Shown: positions 18,914-30,266, counted from the first letter of the stretch. The stretch: 64,000 nucleotides of DNA from Vulcanimicrobiota bacterium (GCA_963714015.1 OY970223.1:1856001-1920000), one strand, 5' to 3'. Notes: generated from the sequence alone by a model not told the origin. Numbers and translations: made by a program.

Positions 18914-20158
18914 TTACGGTGTAGGCGCCATGGGGGTAAAGTTGCCGTCACCGCTGATAGTGATGAACGCTCCCTGTCCGCTGGCATCGAAGTACCATTT
19001 GCAAAGCTCGCCAAGACTGGGGATGCGGTATTCACTGCTGGTCGAGTCGAAGTACGCGTAGGCACGTACCTGCGAATAAAAACTATTCTCGTCTTCCATC
19101 TGATTATCCATCCATCGCTCGGCATTTCCCAGATACGTCGCCTGGTCGTCGGGTGCTGGATATTGTTGACAATCGGCATTTTCGCCGATCATGATGGGCT
19201 TACCATACGTCGATGACGAATAGGTCGCGACGAAATCGTGAAATATTCCGTCGAAATTGATCGGGATGTCGTTCGCATCTTCCTTGCTGTACCCGTCAAT
19301 GCCGATCCAATCGACCTCTGTGTTGCCCGGATAAAAGGGACCGGGGCTCGGAGGATGGTCGTCCGGAGACAAGTCGTCAACAGCCGGGTTCCACAGGAAT
19401 GTTACGTTCGGGTCACCGCCGGTGCCGTTGGGTGCGAGGATGCTTTTGATGTGCTCCCACCCGTTGATGAATTGCGTGGCAAAGTTCGGCACTTTATTAG
19501 CGTTGTTAGGCTCTTCATAGCAATTATTCCCGTTTGGATTTCCACTAGGCATTGGCCAATGGGCATTGACGTTGAATTCCCAGAACCAGCGCAGCATTAC
19601 AGGGTACGGTTGGCCGTCTTTCGTTAAACCCTGGAGATCAGTCTTTAGCGCCTGGATGTCCTTGTCGGCACTGCCGTTTGCAATCTGGACGATATCATAA
19701 GGGCCGCCGTTGGTTGTAATATCGTCTCCGCAGTGCAGCGAGATGACCGGAATACGGCCGCGTGCTATATCGCCTTGAATCATTGCGTCATTTGCCAGAT
19801 TCCCCAACTCAGTCCAGCTGCGGTATTCCAGATGCATAGCGAGATAACGATGCTCGTTGGGTCCAGGCATCAGTGCCTCCAGCGACTCAGTATCGCTTTC
19901 TTGCTGCTGGAACGACGGTGCGTAGTCATCTTGCTCACAACACGTAGTATTGACCGCGGCTGCAAGGTAGATTCCCGTCGGTGCAGGTTGTACGAGAGAC
20001 ATTCGCTGACGGTCGTTCGGCTGAAGCGACGGCGCCGAGCCACTGCCGGCGCATCCGGCCGCTAGCGCTCCGAGCGCGAAGAGCGCAAAGCACAACGTAG
20101 CGCAATTCGGTCGCGCGATTAAGATGCTGTCGAAGCCAAAGCATAACGAATTCTCCAA
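18914..20158 (-). CDS. GH26-like glycoside hydrolase lipoprotein (true start probably ~20090)
   Basis: MLRWFWEFN, YPGNTEVDWIGIDGY, KPIMIGE; lipobox AAGC. Confidence 0.8.
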   Translation of the reverse strand: MENSLCFGFDSILIARPNCATLCFALFALGALAAGCAGSGSAPSLQPNDRQRMSLVQPAPTGIYLAAAVNTTCCEQDDYAPSFQQQESDTESLEALMPGPNEHRYLAMHLEYRSWTELGNLANDAMIQGDIARGRIPVISLHCGDDITTNGGPYDIVQIANGSADKDIQALKTDLQGLTKDGQPYPVMLRWFWEFNVNAHWPMPSGNPNGNNCYEEPNNANKVPNFATQFINGWEHIKSILAPNGTGGDPNVTFLWNPAVDDLSPDDHPPSPGPFYPGNTEVDWIGIDGYSKEDANDIPINFDGIFHDFVATYSSSTYGKPIMIGENADCQQYPAPDDQATYLGNAERWMDNQMEDENSFYSQVRAYAYFDSTSSEYRIPSLGELCKWYFDASGQGAFITISGDGNFTPMAPTP

Positions 20159-20699
20159 AAAGCGGCTCAGAGGGGGCCGTCACCCGTTGGGGGGTAGCGT
20201 AATGTGAGACTACCCCACGTTTGGTATTGGCGCAATAGGCCACTCTCCAAGCGTTGGGGCCAATCCTTTAGCGGCCGCCGCATAAATGCTATCCCATTCG
20301 GGAGCACAAGACTTGAGCTGATCAGGGTGTTGCAGCAGCTATATTTGGATCGACATCGATTAACGGCCGGCAACTATCGATAACTCGGATCAGCACGTTT
20401 TCGATACGCCGCAAGGGCGCCGCCATATCAATGCAAAGGTTGATACGGTTTCCGGTTCGCCGTCGATTCGGTACTTAAGCTCCTTGACAATCATAGCACT
20501 CAACAACAAAAAACGGTTTGCCAGGAGTGTGAGGGAAGTGACCGTAACGGAATCTGTCAACACGTTTGGTAGCGGTAACTCATTTGTTGTTGTAAGCGCT
20601 AGGGCCGACCCCATCGTGAACCGGTGGATTTATCCACACGGCGGCCGGCAGAGCCGCGCGTTTCGGAGCGCCGCGAACGAAGCGCTCCGCGGTTTGCCC

Positions 20700-21600
20700 G
20701 ATACGCTTTGAGCATGACCTCGTTACGCGCAGTAAGAACCTGATCGGCTCGCGCCTCATGCTCCACTGCCGGCGTTAGCATCGCGATACCCGAAATGGCG
20801 ATGCTCGTAGTTGTACCACCGGATGAGCCCGTCCACGGATTGATGCGCGTGCTCGAACGAGCCGAAGCGATCAGGAAATTGGTGGTGGTACTTCAGGGTG
20901 CGAAACTGCGATTCGGAGTATGGATTGTCGTCGCTCAAGTGAAGACGGCTATGCGATTGCGCAACGCCGAGTTTATCCAACAGGGCGCACACCGCTTGCG
21001 CGGTAATCTTTGCCCCGCGATCGGCGTGTGCAACGGCTTGGCCAGGCTGAACGGCTTCACGCTCCAGCGTTTGCGCGATGAAGTGTTCAGCAAGGTCGGC
21101 GTTCGCGCGTCGTAGGAGCATCCAGCCAACGACGAACCGGCTGAAGATGTCGAGCATCAGGAGCAGCGCGTACCATTCGCCTTTGCGCCGTCCGCGCAGC
21201 TTCGTTATATCCCAGCCTTAAAAATTGTCGCGGACTAGTGGCCAGCAGCTCGGGTTTTTGGAATTCGGGATGCCGCGCAATGCGTAGGCGCTCGCGCACT
21301 TCGTTATTGGAGCGTAGCAAACGATACATCGTGCTGACCGAGTACAGGTAGACGCCTCGTCGAGCAGCACCGCGTGAATCGCGCGGGCGCTCGATTGGCA
21401 AACCGTTCGCTATCAAGGACCGAGAGCACATGCACGCGTTCCTCTTGGTTTAGCGACCGTTTCGGAACAGGTCGCGTGCTCTTCGTCCGTTCTGGTACGC
21501 CGTGCCGGCGACGTCGCAGCGTCGAACGACTCAGACCAGAGGCCGCGCAAACCGTACGCCGCAATAACCGAGTTTTCCGTAGTATCCCCGTTATCCACAG
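20700..21600 (-). pseudogene. IS3-family-like DDE transposase remnant
   Basis: WDITKL, LDIFSRFVVGW, HADRG, DNPYSESQFRTLKY, KPELLAT fragments spread over several frames with stops; ends approximate. Confidence 0.85.
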
Positions 21601-21703
21601 CGGTACTGCTGCTGCGACAAAAGCTCTACAAAGAAATCCCTAGGTTACCGGTACCACATCATGTTGACACGGGAGGCAAAGCCCGATTGAGAACGGTAAT
21701 GCC

Positions 21704-21726
21704 CCTTCTTTCTTTGGCTGTTCGGA
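21704..21726 (+). repeat. Right 23-bp direct repeat (att-like)
   Basis: CCTTCTTTCTTTGGCTGTTCGGA. Confidence 0.8.
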
Positions 21727-21753
21727 TAGAGCGCGTGGAGAGTAAAAAGGCTC

Positions 21754-22104
21754 TTGAGGACTCCGGTGGCCATAACGTATTCGCTTTTGGCCGTTGCACT
21801 TGCCGCGTGCGATCAGTCGCCGCCGCCTTGGTACAGCCAACTGAAACGGTTCCGACTTCTCCCCGTGCTTCGCCCGCCGCAATCTTTGCGGCAGGCGGTT
21901 TCGTTTGGGGATAGTCACCGAGAGCTGCGGCGCAAATGTCGGCGACGCGTACCGTCTGACGAATCGATCAGTCGGGCAACACCACCTAAGCTCGGGCAAC
22001 GAAGCGTTCTTGAGCAGCGACTCGGGCATGGTTCCCGGCCTTCGTTACACGCCGTCGCTATAGAGCGGCTTAACGTTCGGGGTGGACGCCGCAAAAATCC
22101 ATGA
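21754..22104 (+). pseudogene. Possible degraded lipoprotein gene
   Basis: Lipoprotein signal LLAVALAAC followed by non-protein-like sequence. Confidence 0.35.
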
Positions 22105-22188
22105 ATAGAAATAGTAGGGACTAAGGTCATGCCCGCCCGGACCGGCTGCACCTCACCGCAATGCAGGCGGCTGACCTACCATGGTGAC

Positions 22189-23085
22189 ATGCGCCGGAAT
22201 ATTGCATTAGGCTTCGTGCCTGCTTTGCTTTTGACTCTCGCCGCGTGCGGCGGCGGTTCTTCCAACACCGCGGTTCCGCTTGACAAAGGAGCGTTGCAAT
22301 CCGCACATGGGGGCTCGGTCCCGCAAGCGACGCCGACGCCGAACTCAAAGAAGACCGTCAATGTCGGGAAAGGCCAGATCAACGGCCTGGATAACCAGTT
22401 CTTGGGTGGACAGGGCGCCGAGGCGGGGGACGGCGATTATTCCGACGGCGGACAGGGGCCGGTGAACACATATTTCACGGGTCCGACGGGCGATCAGATT
22501 CCGTGTTTGCCGCACATGTACGGCGGTCCGTACCAATATCACATCCACGCTTTCTTGGGCATCTACTACAACGGAAAGCAGATTGCGGTTCCGGACGGTC
22601 TCGGCATGGCCGACCCGAATGGTGACGGAACGTGGAACGGTCCCGGCGGGCCGATCTACAACTTCACGAACTATTCGTACGATCCGAACGATCCTAGCAA
22701 GCCGGGCTGCTTCTACGAAATCCATTCGCACGATGCCAGCGGCGCCATTCATATCGAAATGTACAACCCGAACGGCATAAAGCGCACAGCGTCGATCTTT
22801 ACGATGGGCGACTTGCTCGCGCTTTGGGGCGTTCCGTACAACATAAGCGCCGGACAGTTTGGACCGTACTCGGGGCCCATTAAGATTTATTGGTCGGGAG
22901 CTCGTCCGTTCGGAGGGCCGAGCGGCTCGCATACGACGACATCTAATTACTACACGTTGTACACTGGAAACATCCAAGACATTCCGCTCTATTCACACCA
23001 AGTGACTTGGATACTGATCGGATCCGGAAATCCGACCGGATCGTGGCTGCCGAACGTACACTTCTGGCAAGGCGAAATGTGGTAA
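22189..23085 (+). CDS. Hypothetical lipoprotein with His-rich putative metal-binding motifs
   Basis: LAAC lipobox; YHIHAFL and IHSHDASGAIHIE. Confidence 0.8.
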   Translation: MRRNIALGFVPALLLTLAACGGGSSNTAVPLDKGALQSAHGGSVPQATPTPNSKKTVNVGKGQINGLDNQFLGGQGAEAGDGDYSDGGQGPVNTYFTGPTGDQIPCLPHMYGGPYQYHIHAFLGIYYNGKQIAVPDGLGMADPNGDGTWNGPGGPIYNFTNYSYDPNDPSKPGCFYEIHSHDASGAIHIEMYNPNGIKRTASIFTMGDLLALWGVPYNISAGQFGPYSGPIKIYWSGARPFGGPSGSHTTTSNYYTLYTGNIQDIPLYSHQVTWILIGSGNPTGSWLPNVHFWQGEMW

Positions 23086-23102
23086 CCTAAAGGGTCGGAA
23101 AG

Positions 23103-23133
23103 AAAAAGCGGCGTCGAAAGACGCCGCTTTTTT
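23103..23133. terminator. Bidirectional intrinsic terminator
   Basis: A5-GCGGCGTC-GAAA-GACGCCGC-T6 between convergent genes. Confidence 0.9.
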
Positions 23134-23152
23134 GCTGGTAGCGTAAACGAAA

Positions 23153-23344
23153 CTAAACGGCGCGCGTAACTTTCTTCGCGCGCAGACACGCCGTGCAGAC
23201 GCGTGCGGTGCGGGCAGTGCCGCGATCGTTGATGCGGACCGCCTGGAGATTGGGCAGCCACCGGCGCTTCGTCTTATTCATCGCGTGGCTGACGTTGTTG
23301 CCCGCCATAGGGCCCTTGCCGCAGACTTCGCAGCGCTTCGCCAT
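23153..23344 (-). CDS. rpmB: 50S ribosomal protein L28
   Basis: [10 protein letters not shown]...[18 protein letters not shown]. Confidence 0.98.
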   Translation of the reverse strand: MAKRCEVCGKGPMAGNNVSHAMNKTKRRWLPNLQAVRINDRGTARTARVCTACLRAKKVTRAV

Positions 23345-23526
23345 TTCCTAAAAACCTTTCCCTAGAACCAAATGCCCCGAGCGTCAAGCGCTCCGGAACA
23401 ACTTGAGAAGAATACCACGCGCCTGAAGGGGACGCAAGCGCGAAGGACGGCCTTCGAGGTGGGTCGCCGCCCATGGCGGCGGGCCCCGGAGGATGACCGG
23501 GGGGAGCCGGAAGTGAAAGCGCCCGG

Positions 23527-25128
23527 GTGGACGTCACTGCCCTCGACGGGCGAGCATATGCCAGGTTCGTAATCGCGGGCTCGTACTTCCTAAGGAAATA
23601 CCGTGGAGTTCTGAACGACCTCAACGTGTTTCCGGTGCCGGACGGGGACACCGGCACGAACATGTACTTGACGGTGCGGCAGGCGGCCTTGGTGGCCGGG
23701 CAAGTTCGTAGTAACTCGCTGGCGGACGTGGCCGCGGCGGCGGCCGAGGGGTCGCTGATGGGTGCCCGGGGGAATTCCGGCGTGATCATCTCGCAGATGC
23801 TGCGGGGATTCGCGCACCACGTGCGGCACCGCGCGGTAATCGATACGTTCATGCTGGCAACCGGGATGCGCGAGGCCGTTGTCGCCGCAAAGGCAGCGCT
23901 GGTCAAGCCGGTGGAAGGCACGATCATTTCCGTAGCAGAGGCGGCGGCAGAGGCTGCATACCGTTTAGCCTTGCACGAGCCGGATTTCTACCGGCTGGCG
24001 GGCGCCGTGCTGCGCGCGGCCAATGAAGCGTTGGACCGTACGCCGGATCAGCTGCCCGTTCTGAAAGAAGCGGGAGTCGTGGACGCGGGCGGCGCGGGTT
24101 TTGTGTACTTCATGGAGGGAGCGCTGCGCTTTCTCCCCGACACGAGGGTCCGCACGACGGCCTTCCCGCGACGACCGCTTCGTCCGCGCGTTTTCACGCC
24201 GCAGCAACGCGTCGGCGAGAACAAATATTGCACCGAGTTCGTGCTGCAGAACGCGGGGTGCTCGGTGAATGAAATGCGGGAGCATTTGCGAACGCGGGGA
24301 GACTCGCTGATCGTGGGAGGAGCGCAGCCGACGATCAAAGTTCATATTCATACGGACGATCCCCAAGCCGTGCAAGCGCTGGCTGAAAAGTGCGGCGAGG
24401 TTACGCGCTGGAAAGTCGACAACATGGAGCAGCAGCACAATGTGCTGGTGGTCGACAAACCTGCAGCCGAGCGGTCCATCGTAGCGATCGTTCCGGGCCC
24501 GGGCTTCGAGCGTATCGCCAAAGAAATCGGCGCAGAAGTCACCTTGGCAGCCGCGGTAAATCCGAGCGTGCGCGACATCGTGCTGGCGATCAACAAATCG
24601 CTTGCGGACCGCGTTTTTTTATTCGCTAACGACAAGAACGTGGTGCCTGCGGCGCTCGAGGCGGCGAATTTGAGCGGGCGAAAGGTTTACGTTCTTCCGA
24701 CCCGCGACATCGTCGCGGGCATTGCCGGGTTGTTTGCTTTCTCCGCAGGTGCTCAGCCTGAGGCAGACGACGAGACGGTGCTGCGCGCGGTCTTGGACGC
24801 GGCGGAACGCCCGAGAAGCGCGCAAGTGTTCTTTGCGGGGAAGGATGCAAGTGTGGGTGGAACGAGCGTCGCACGCGGGAAACCGGCGGCTTTGAGCGCG
24901 GCAACGCTCTACGCCGGCTCGACGCTCGCCGGGGCCGCGCAGGAAGCGCTCGCGGCGATGGGGGCCCGCAATGGAGGCTTGATCACCGTGTACTACGGCG
25001 GTTCACAACGCGAACGCGACGCCCACCGGCTGGCTGACGAGCTGCAGGCGGCATTCCCCCGCGCCGAGGCGGAGTACTACTTCGGCGGGCAAACGAATCC
25101 CGAATATTGGATCTCGCTCGATGAGTAA
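23527..25128 (+). CDS. fakA: DAK2-domain fatty acid kinase subunit A (YloV/FakA)
   Basis: LNVFPVPDGDTGTNM, GARGNSGVI, YCTEF, KVHIHT. Confidence 0.93.
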   Translation: MDVTALDGRAYARFVIAGSYFLRKYRGVLNDLNVFPVPDGDTGTNMYLTVRQAALVAGQVRSNSLADVAAAAAEGSLMGARGNSGVIISQMLRGFAHHVRHRAVIDTFMLATGMREAVVAAKAALVKPVEGTIISVAEAAAEAAYRLALHEPDFYRLAGAVLRAANEALDRTPDQLPVLKEAGVVDAGGAGFVYFMEGALRFLPDTRVRTTAFPRRPLRPRVFTPQQRVGENKYCTEFVLQNAGCSVNEMREHLRTRGDSLIVGGAQPTIKVHIHTDDPQAVQALAEKCGEVTRWKVDNMEQQHNVLVVDKPAAERSIVAIVPGPGFERIAKEIGAEVTLAAAVNPSVRDIVLAINKSLADRVFLFANDKNVVPAALEAANLSGRKVYVLPTRDIVAGIAGLFAFSAGAQPEADDETVLRAVLDAAERPRSAQVFFAGKDASVGGTSVARGKPAALSAATLYAGSTLAGAAQEALAAMGARNGGLITVYYGGSQRERDAHRLADELQAAFPRAEAEYYFGGQTNPEYWISLDE

Positions 25129-26134
25129 GACGCGTATCGCGATCGATGCAATGGGCGGCGACCATGCCCCCGCCGAGATTGTCGCGGGCACGCTGCTGGC
25201 TGCCCGGGAAAGCTTTGGCGAGCTCGCACTCGTCGGAGATGAAGCGCGCATTCGCCCGCTCTTGACCGGGCCGGGAGCCGATCAAATCAAGGTCGTGCAC
25301 GCGCCCGAAAACGTGCCGATGGATATGCACGCGTCGGCTGCGCTTCGGATCGCGGACAAGACGTCGCTGGGCGTCGCAGTCAACATGATCAAGGAAGGCA
25401 CCGCGGACGCGGTCGTGTCCGCCGGCAACAGCGGCGCGTTTTTGGCGATAGCGCTTATCAAATTGCGCGCCATTCCGGGCATTGCGCGGCCGGCAATCGC
25501 CACCGTTTGGCCGGCGATGAACGGCCCGATGGTGCTGCTCGATTCCGGCGCCAACGTCGATTGCCGGCCGGAATGGCTCGAGCAGTTCGGCATCATGGGA
25601 TCCGCCTACGCGAAGTCTGTGCTCAACATGGAGCGTCCGCGCGTAGCGATACTCTCGGTCGGCGAAGAGGACACTAAGGGCAACGCCCAGGTGTTCGACG
25701 CCGCTAAATTGCTGCGCGACGCGCCGATCAACTTCATCGGCAACGTCGAGGGCAAAGATCTGTTTCACAATGCCGCCGACGTCGTCGTAGTGGACGGATT
25801 CGTCGGAAACGTCGTCCTCAAACTGGGCGAGGGTCTGATCTCCGATCTCCAAAGGGTCATCAGAGACTCGATTCTGGGAGGAAGCCCGATCACCAAGTTC
25901 GGCGCATTGCTGATGTTGCCGGCGCTGCGCAAACTGCGCACGCGTTTCAACTACGAAACTTATGGCGGCGCGCCGCTGCTGGGTTTGCGCGGGCATTGCA
26001 TCGTGACGCACGGCCGCGCGACGCGCAATGCGATCAAACACGCGATTCGGGCCGCCGCCGTCGAGGCGGAGCATGACGTCGTCGGAAAAATTACGGAGAT
26101 GGTGAAACCGCACCTTACCGTGCAAGAAGCCTGA
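25121..26134 (+). CDS. plsX: Phosphate acyltransferase PlsX
   Basis: IAIDAMGGDHAP, SAGNSGA, DGFVGN. Confidence 0.98.
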   Translation: MSKTRIAIDAMGGDHAPAEIVAGTLLAARESFGELALVGDEARIRPLLTGPGADQIKVVHAPENVPMDMHASAALRIADKTSLGVAVNMIKEGTADAVVSAGNSGAFLAIALIKLRAIPGIARPAIATVWPAMNGPMVLLDSGANVDCRPEWLEQFGIMGSAYAKSVLNMERPRVAILSVGEEDTKGNAQVFDAAKLLRDAPINFIGNVEGKDLFHNAADVVVVDGFVGNVVLKLGEGLISDLQRVIRDSILGGSPITKFGALLMLPALRKLRTRFNYETYGGAPLLGLRGHCIVTHGRATRNAIKHAIRAAAVEAEHDVVGKITEMVKPHLTVQEA

Positions 26135-26136
26135 AG

Positions 26137-26988
26137 TTGGCAATTGCCGTCGTAACCGACAGCACGTCGGACCTCGAGCCCGAGAACGCCCGGGAGCTCG
26201 GCATCGACGTGGTGCCGTTGTTCGTCATCTGGGGCGATCGAAGCTACCGCGACAACGTCGATCTGACGCGGCGCGAATTTTACGAAAAGCTCGCCGGCGA
26301 ACCGACGCTGCCGGCGACCTCGCAGCCGACGGCGCAGATGTTTGAAGAGGCCTTCCGTCCGCACGTGGAGCGAGGGGACGACATCGTTTGCATCGTCATC
26401 AGCTCGCATCTGTCCGGGACAATCAACGCTGCGCGAGCCGCCGCCAGATCCTTTCCCAGCGCGACGATTGCAATCGTGGATTCCGAAAGCGCCGCCGGCG
26501 GACTTGGATTGATGGCAATGCACGCCGCCGAGAGCGCTCGCGCCGGACGGTCGATGCAATCGATTCTCGACGACGTTCAAACCGAGCGATTGACGCAGCG
26601 CCTGTACGCGTGCGTTCCGGATCTTTCGCACATCGTGCGTACCGGACGCATTGGCCGGGCGCGCGCAGTGATCGGCACGCTGATGAAGATCGTTCCCGTC
26701 ATCTCCCTTCGCGAAGGAGAGGTCGTAGCGCAAGCGCAGGTCCGCACGATGCCGCGCGCGCAGGAAACGATGATCGATCTTTCGCTCAAGAGCGTAACGG
26801 ACGTAGAGCGCGCGCGTTTTCTGGTGATGCACACGAATGCGCCGGAACTTGCGCAGAATATTCAAGATCGTCTCAAGGCCAGGCTCGGGAGCGTTCAGCC
26901 GCGCCTGCTGGAGATTCTGGAAGCGGGGCCCGTCATCGCGACGCACGCCGGCCCGGGCGCGGTCGGCATATTTTCGAGTCAGGTGTGA
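26137..26988 (+). CDS. DegV family fatty-acid-binding protein (FakB)
   Basis: VVTDSTSDL, TSQP, SSHLSGT, GRIG, HAGPG. Confidence 0.95.
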   Translation: MAIAVVTDSTSDLEPENARELGIDVVPLFVIWGDRSYRDNVDLTRREFYEKLAGEPTLPATSQPTAQMFEEAFRPHVERGDDIVCIVISSHLSGTINAARAAARSFPSATIAIVDSESAAGGLGLMAMHAAESARAGRSMQSILDDVQTERLTQRLYACVPDLSHIVRTGRIGRARAVIGTLMKIVPVISLREGEVVAQAQVRTMPRAQETMIDLSLKSVTDVERARFLVMHTNAPELAQNIQDRLKARLGSVQPRLLEILEAGPVIATHAGPGAVGIFSSQV

Positions 26989-26994
26989 ATTTGC

Positions 26995-27336
26995 ATGCGC
27001 GATAGATGGCTAAAATTCGATACCGTCGTCGCCATTTGCGCGTTGCTGATGAGTACGCTCACGGCGGGCGCGATGGTGTATCAGACGCGCGTCATCGCCG
27101 ATCAGTTTTCCGCCAGCACGTGGCCGTACTTGAGCGTAGACACCACTTACAATCCGAACAACGTCGAGATCAGCCTGGTCAATGACGGGGCGGGCCCGCT
27201 GGACCTTTGCTACTGCTCGATCGGCGAGCGCTGCTGGACGCTGCACACCACCATCGGTTCCGCAGCGCTGTCGATTCCGCAGGCGGCCGCATCCTGCGGG
27301 GCCGGAGCTGCGATCGGCACGCCGGCGGCCGTTTAA
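26995..27336 (+). CDS. Small membrane protein
   Basis: TM helix, ASTWPYL, NDGAGP, CYCS...CW. Confidence 0.6.
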   Translation: MRDRWLKFDTVVAICALLMSTLTAGAMVYQTRVIADQFSASTWPYLSVDTTYNPNNVEISLVNDGAGPLDLCYCSIGERCWTLHTTIGSAALSIPQAAASCGAGAAIGTPAAV

Positions 27337-27337
27337 A

Positions 27338-28474
27338 ATGGCCGGAATCTACGTCCACCTGCCGTTCTGTCCGTACATTTGCCCTTACTGCGATTTTGCA
27401 AAATGGCCGCACCGGAGCGGCGCCGCGCAACGCTATCTGCAAGCGCTTCTGACAGAGATTCGTTCGCAGCCGCAGGCGAATGGCGGCGAGCAATTTGAAA
27501 CGGTGTTTTTGGGCGGCGGAACGCCCAATACGTACTCGGCGCAAGATATTGCAATTATTTTGGATGAATTGCGATCGCGTTTTCCCGGACCGGCGGGTCG
27601 CGAGACCACCATCGAATTGAATCCGGAACTGGTGCGTGCCGAAGATGTGGACCTCTACCGCGAGGCGGGAATAACGCGTGTTTCCGTCGGCGTGCAGTCG
27701 TTCGCGCCGAACGAGATTCGCACGCTGGGGCGCCGGCATACCGTTCAAGACGTTCGCAGGGTCGTCGAGGCGGCGCGTGCTGCGCGAATCGCCGGCGTGA
27801 GTCTGGATTTGATCTTCGGCGTGCCGGGACAAACGGCGCAGAGTTGGCGGGAGTCGCTCAAAACGGCAGTCGCTTTGGGGGCGGATCATATCTCGACGTA
27901 TGGTCTAACGGTTGAGCCCGGAACGCCGTACGAGCGCTGGAAAGAACGCGACCCTTCGGCCTTTCCGGCGAACGATGACGAGGCGGAGCTTTACGAGATT
28001 GCGATGCTCGAGCTGGAGTCCCACGGATTCGAACACTACGAAATCAGCAATTTCGCAAAGCCGGGGCATCGCAGCGCGCACAACGCCAATTATTGGGCAA
28101 ACGGAGATTACGCCGGACTGGGCGTGGGCGCGGCATCGTACCGCCGCGGGGTACGATGGACGCATACGCGCGACTTGGAGGAGTACATTAACGCGGTATT
28201 AGAAGGTCAACCGATTCCGGCGCAATCAGAAGCGTTGATCGGCGCGCAAAAAGCGGGAGAGGCCGTAATGCTTGCGCTGCGCACGGCGCAAGGGGTATCG
28301 CTGGAGACGTTCAAAGAGCGGTACGGTTTGGACTTTTTGGAATTCTACGCCCCGGTCGTGCAGGAATACAGCGAAATCGGTTTGTTGGAAGTGAGCTCGA
28401 CGCATGCACGGCTGACGCGCCGCGGGCGGTTCTTGGCCAATGACGTATGCGCCGCTTTCGTGACGTTCGCGTAG
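27338..28474 (+). CDS. hemW: Radical SAM heme chaperone HemW
   Basis: [33 protein letters not shown]. Confidence 0.95.
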   Translation: MAGIYVHLPFCPYICPYCDFAKWPHRSGAAQRYLQALLTEIRSQPQANGGEQFETVFLGGGTPNTYSAQDIAIILDELRSRFPGPAGRETTIELNPELVRAEDVDLYREAGITRVSVGVQSFAPNEIRTLGRRHTVQDVRRVVEAARAARIAGVSLDLIFGVPGQTAQSWRESLKTAVALGADHISTYGLTVEPGTPYERWKERDPSAFPANDDEAELYEIAMLELESHGFEHYEISNFAKPGHRSAHNANYWANGDYAGLGVGAASYRRGVRWTHTRDLEEYINAVLEGQPIPAQSEALIGAQKAGEAVMLALRTAQGVSLETFKERYGLDFLEFYAPVVQEYSEIGLLEVSSTHARLTRRGRFLANDVCAAFVTFA

Positions 28475-28491
28475 GCCCCAGCGTTGCAGGC

Positions 28492-29547
28492 GTGCTGCTG
28501 CGGTTCCTTTTCGCAGTCGTCTTCGGCATAACCGGATTTCTCCTCGGACGCGAAGCGTATATTCACGTTTTCTCCCTGCATTTTTCCAGCGAGGCGCTGC
28601 AAACTGCGCTCACCATCGTACTGCCGATTGCCGGCGCCCTCCTCGGCATCGTGCTGGCGCCGCTCGCGCAATCGCTTTTTGAAGAAGAGCTGAATTTGGT
28701 CGAGCGTGCCATCGAACGGCTGGCGCCGGCCGAACTGGCGGGCGGCGCCGTCGGATTGATCCTGGGTTTACTGATCGCGTTCCTGATCCGCAGCATTTTG
28801 TTCGAATTCATCTCGACCACCGGGCGGGCGGGCAGTTACGTCGCGATTCTGCTGTACCTCATCATCAGCATATTTGCCGCGTATTTGGGCGCGCGCGTGG
28901 GCTCGAGAATGCACATTCTGCCGCTCGCAAGCGTCGGAAGCTTAGCCGGAGCGCCGCCGAAGATCGTCGACACGTCCATACTGATCGACGGCCGAATCGT
29001 CGAGATCTTCGAATCGGGTTTTCTCGACGGGCCGTTGATTCTTCCGCGCTTCGTTCTGCGCGAACTTCAGGCGGTGGCCGATTCGAGCGACGGCATGAAG
29101 CGCACGCGAGGACGACGCGGCTTGGAAGTGCTCAAACGGCTTCAGGAACTGGGTATTTTGGAAGTGAGCGAACGCGACTACGACGATTTGCGCGGCGCGG
29201 ATGCCAAACTGGTGCGCCTCGCCAAAGATTTGGACGGCAAGCTTCTGACCAACGATTATAATCTGAATAGAGTGGCGCACGTGGAAGGCGTGGCCGTCCT
29301 GAACGTCAACGAACTTGCGAACGCAATAAAGCCGGTCGTTTTGCCGGGCGAGGAGATGCACGTGCATATTATTCGCGACGGGAAGGAGCCGCATCAGGGC
29401 GTCGCCTACTTGGACGACGGTACGATGATTGTGGTCGAGAACGGACGGCGTTTAGTGGGCGAGGCGGCCGACGTAGTCGTGACGAGCGTGTTGCAAACTG
29501 CGGCGGGCCGCATGATTTTCGCCAAACCGAAACGGGAGTTTCGTTGA
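28492..29547 (+). CDS. Membrane PIN/TRAM-domain protein (YacL-like)
   Basis: Four TM helices, [32 protein letters not shown]. Confidence 0.93.
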   Translation: MLLRFLFAVVFGITGFLLGREAYIHVFSLHFSSEALQTALTIVLPIAGALLGIVLAPLAQSLFEEELNLVERAIERLAPAELAGGAVGLILGLLIAFLIRSILFEFISTTGRAGSYVAILLYLIISIFAAYLGARVGSRMHILPLASVGSLAGAPPKIVDTSILIDGRIVEIFESGFLDGPLILPRFVLRELQAVADSSDGMKRTRGRRGLEVLKRLQELGILEVSERDYDDLRGADAKLVRLAKDLDGKLLTNDYNLNRVAHVEGVAVLNVNELANAIKPVVLPGEEMHVHIIRDGKEPHQGVAYLDDGTMIVVENGRRLVGEAADVVVTSVLQTAAGRMIFAKPKREFR

Positions 29548-30266
29548 TGGAGCCTTCCTCGTACGGATGGGCCGCAATTGTTGTAGCGGCAGGCCGCGGG
29601 CGGCGATTCGGCGGCCCTAAGCAGTTGGTGGAGATAGCCGCGCAGCCGATGCTCGCGTGGTCGCTCCGCACGTTTGCCGCGATGGAGGAAGTTGCGCAGT
29701 TGATCGTCGTGACGGAAGCCGAATGGGTGACCGACGTCTCGGCGGTCGTCGAGCGCGTCGCCGGCGTGAAGCGGTGGAGCGTCGTCTGCGGCGGACCTAC
29801 ACGGCAAGCGAGCACGTTTGAGGGCATTCGCGCCGTTCAGCCGCAATGTACGGCGGTGTTCGTTCACGACGGTGCTCGTCCGCTGATTCGCGAGAGCGAC
29901 GTGCGCGCGGGAATGGAAGCCGTGCAGCCGGGGCATGGTTCGCTGCTTGCGATTCCCGTGGTCGATACGATCAAACGCGTCGCGTCTCACAGTCACGTCG
30001 TTGCCGAGACATTGGATCGCGATCTGCTGTGGGCGGCGCAGACGCCGCAGTTTGCGATGGTTGCGGACCTTCGCGCAGCGCATGAAGCGGGGCGCCGCAC
30101 CCAAGTCGAAGCGACGGACGATGCGATGCTTCTGGAACAGGCCGGCGTTCGCGTGCACGTGGTTTCGGGATCGCCGGAGAATTTCAAAGTCACCGTTCCG
30201 GAAGATCGCGAGCGCGCGGAACAGATACTTCGTTTGCGGTTCGCCGCGCAGCAGGGACGCCCGTGA
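29544..30266 (+). CDS. ispD: MEP cytidylyltransferase
   Basis: [26 protein letters not shown]. Confidence 0.97.
   Translation: MMEPSSYGWAAIVVAAGRGRRFGGPKQLVEIAAQPMLAWSLRTFAAMEEVAQLIVVTEAEWVTDVSAVVERVAGVKRWSVVCGGPTRQASTFEGIRAVQPQCTAVFVHDGARPLIRESDVRAGMEAVQPGHGSLLAIPVVDTIKRVASHSHVVAETLDRDLLWAAQTPQFAMVADLRAAHEAGRRTQVEATDDAMLLEQAGVRVHVVSGSPENFKVTVPEDRERAEQILRLRFAAQQGRP

Larger units (their letters stand above)
17781..21726. mobile_element. Small genomic island bounded by direct repeats
   Basis: Terminal direct repeats, visibly AT-richer genes, transposase remnant; no integrase seen. Confidence 0.6.

Noticed and set aside
20160..20700. ORFs 20167-20373, 20390-20614 and 20484-20711
   Set aside because: Fragmentary; 20484-20650 may be the tail of a decayed propeller lipoprotein (WIYPHGG), but no gene can be supported
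20630..21599. Two TTATCCACA DnaA boxes (20630-20638, 21591-21599)
   Set aside because: Only two, ~1 kb apart, in decayed coding sequence; no dnaA or unwinding element nearby
21640..21705. GGGAGGCAAAGCC resembling a c-di-GMP-I riboswitch core
   Set aside because: The upstream GGCAAAC/GNRA stem and the downstream conserved segment are absent
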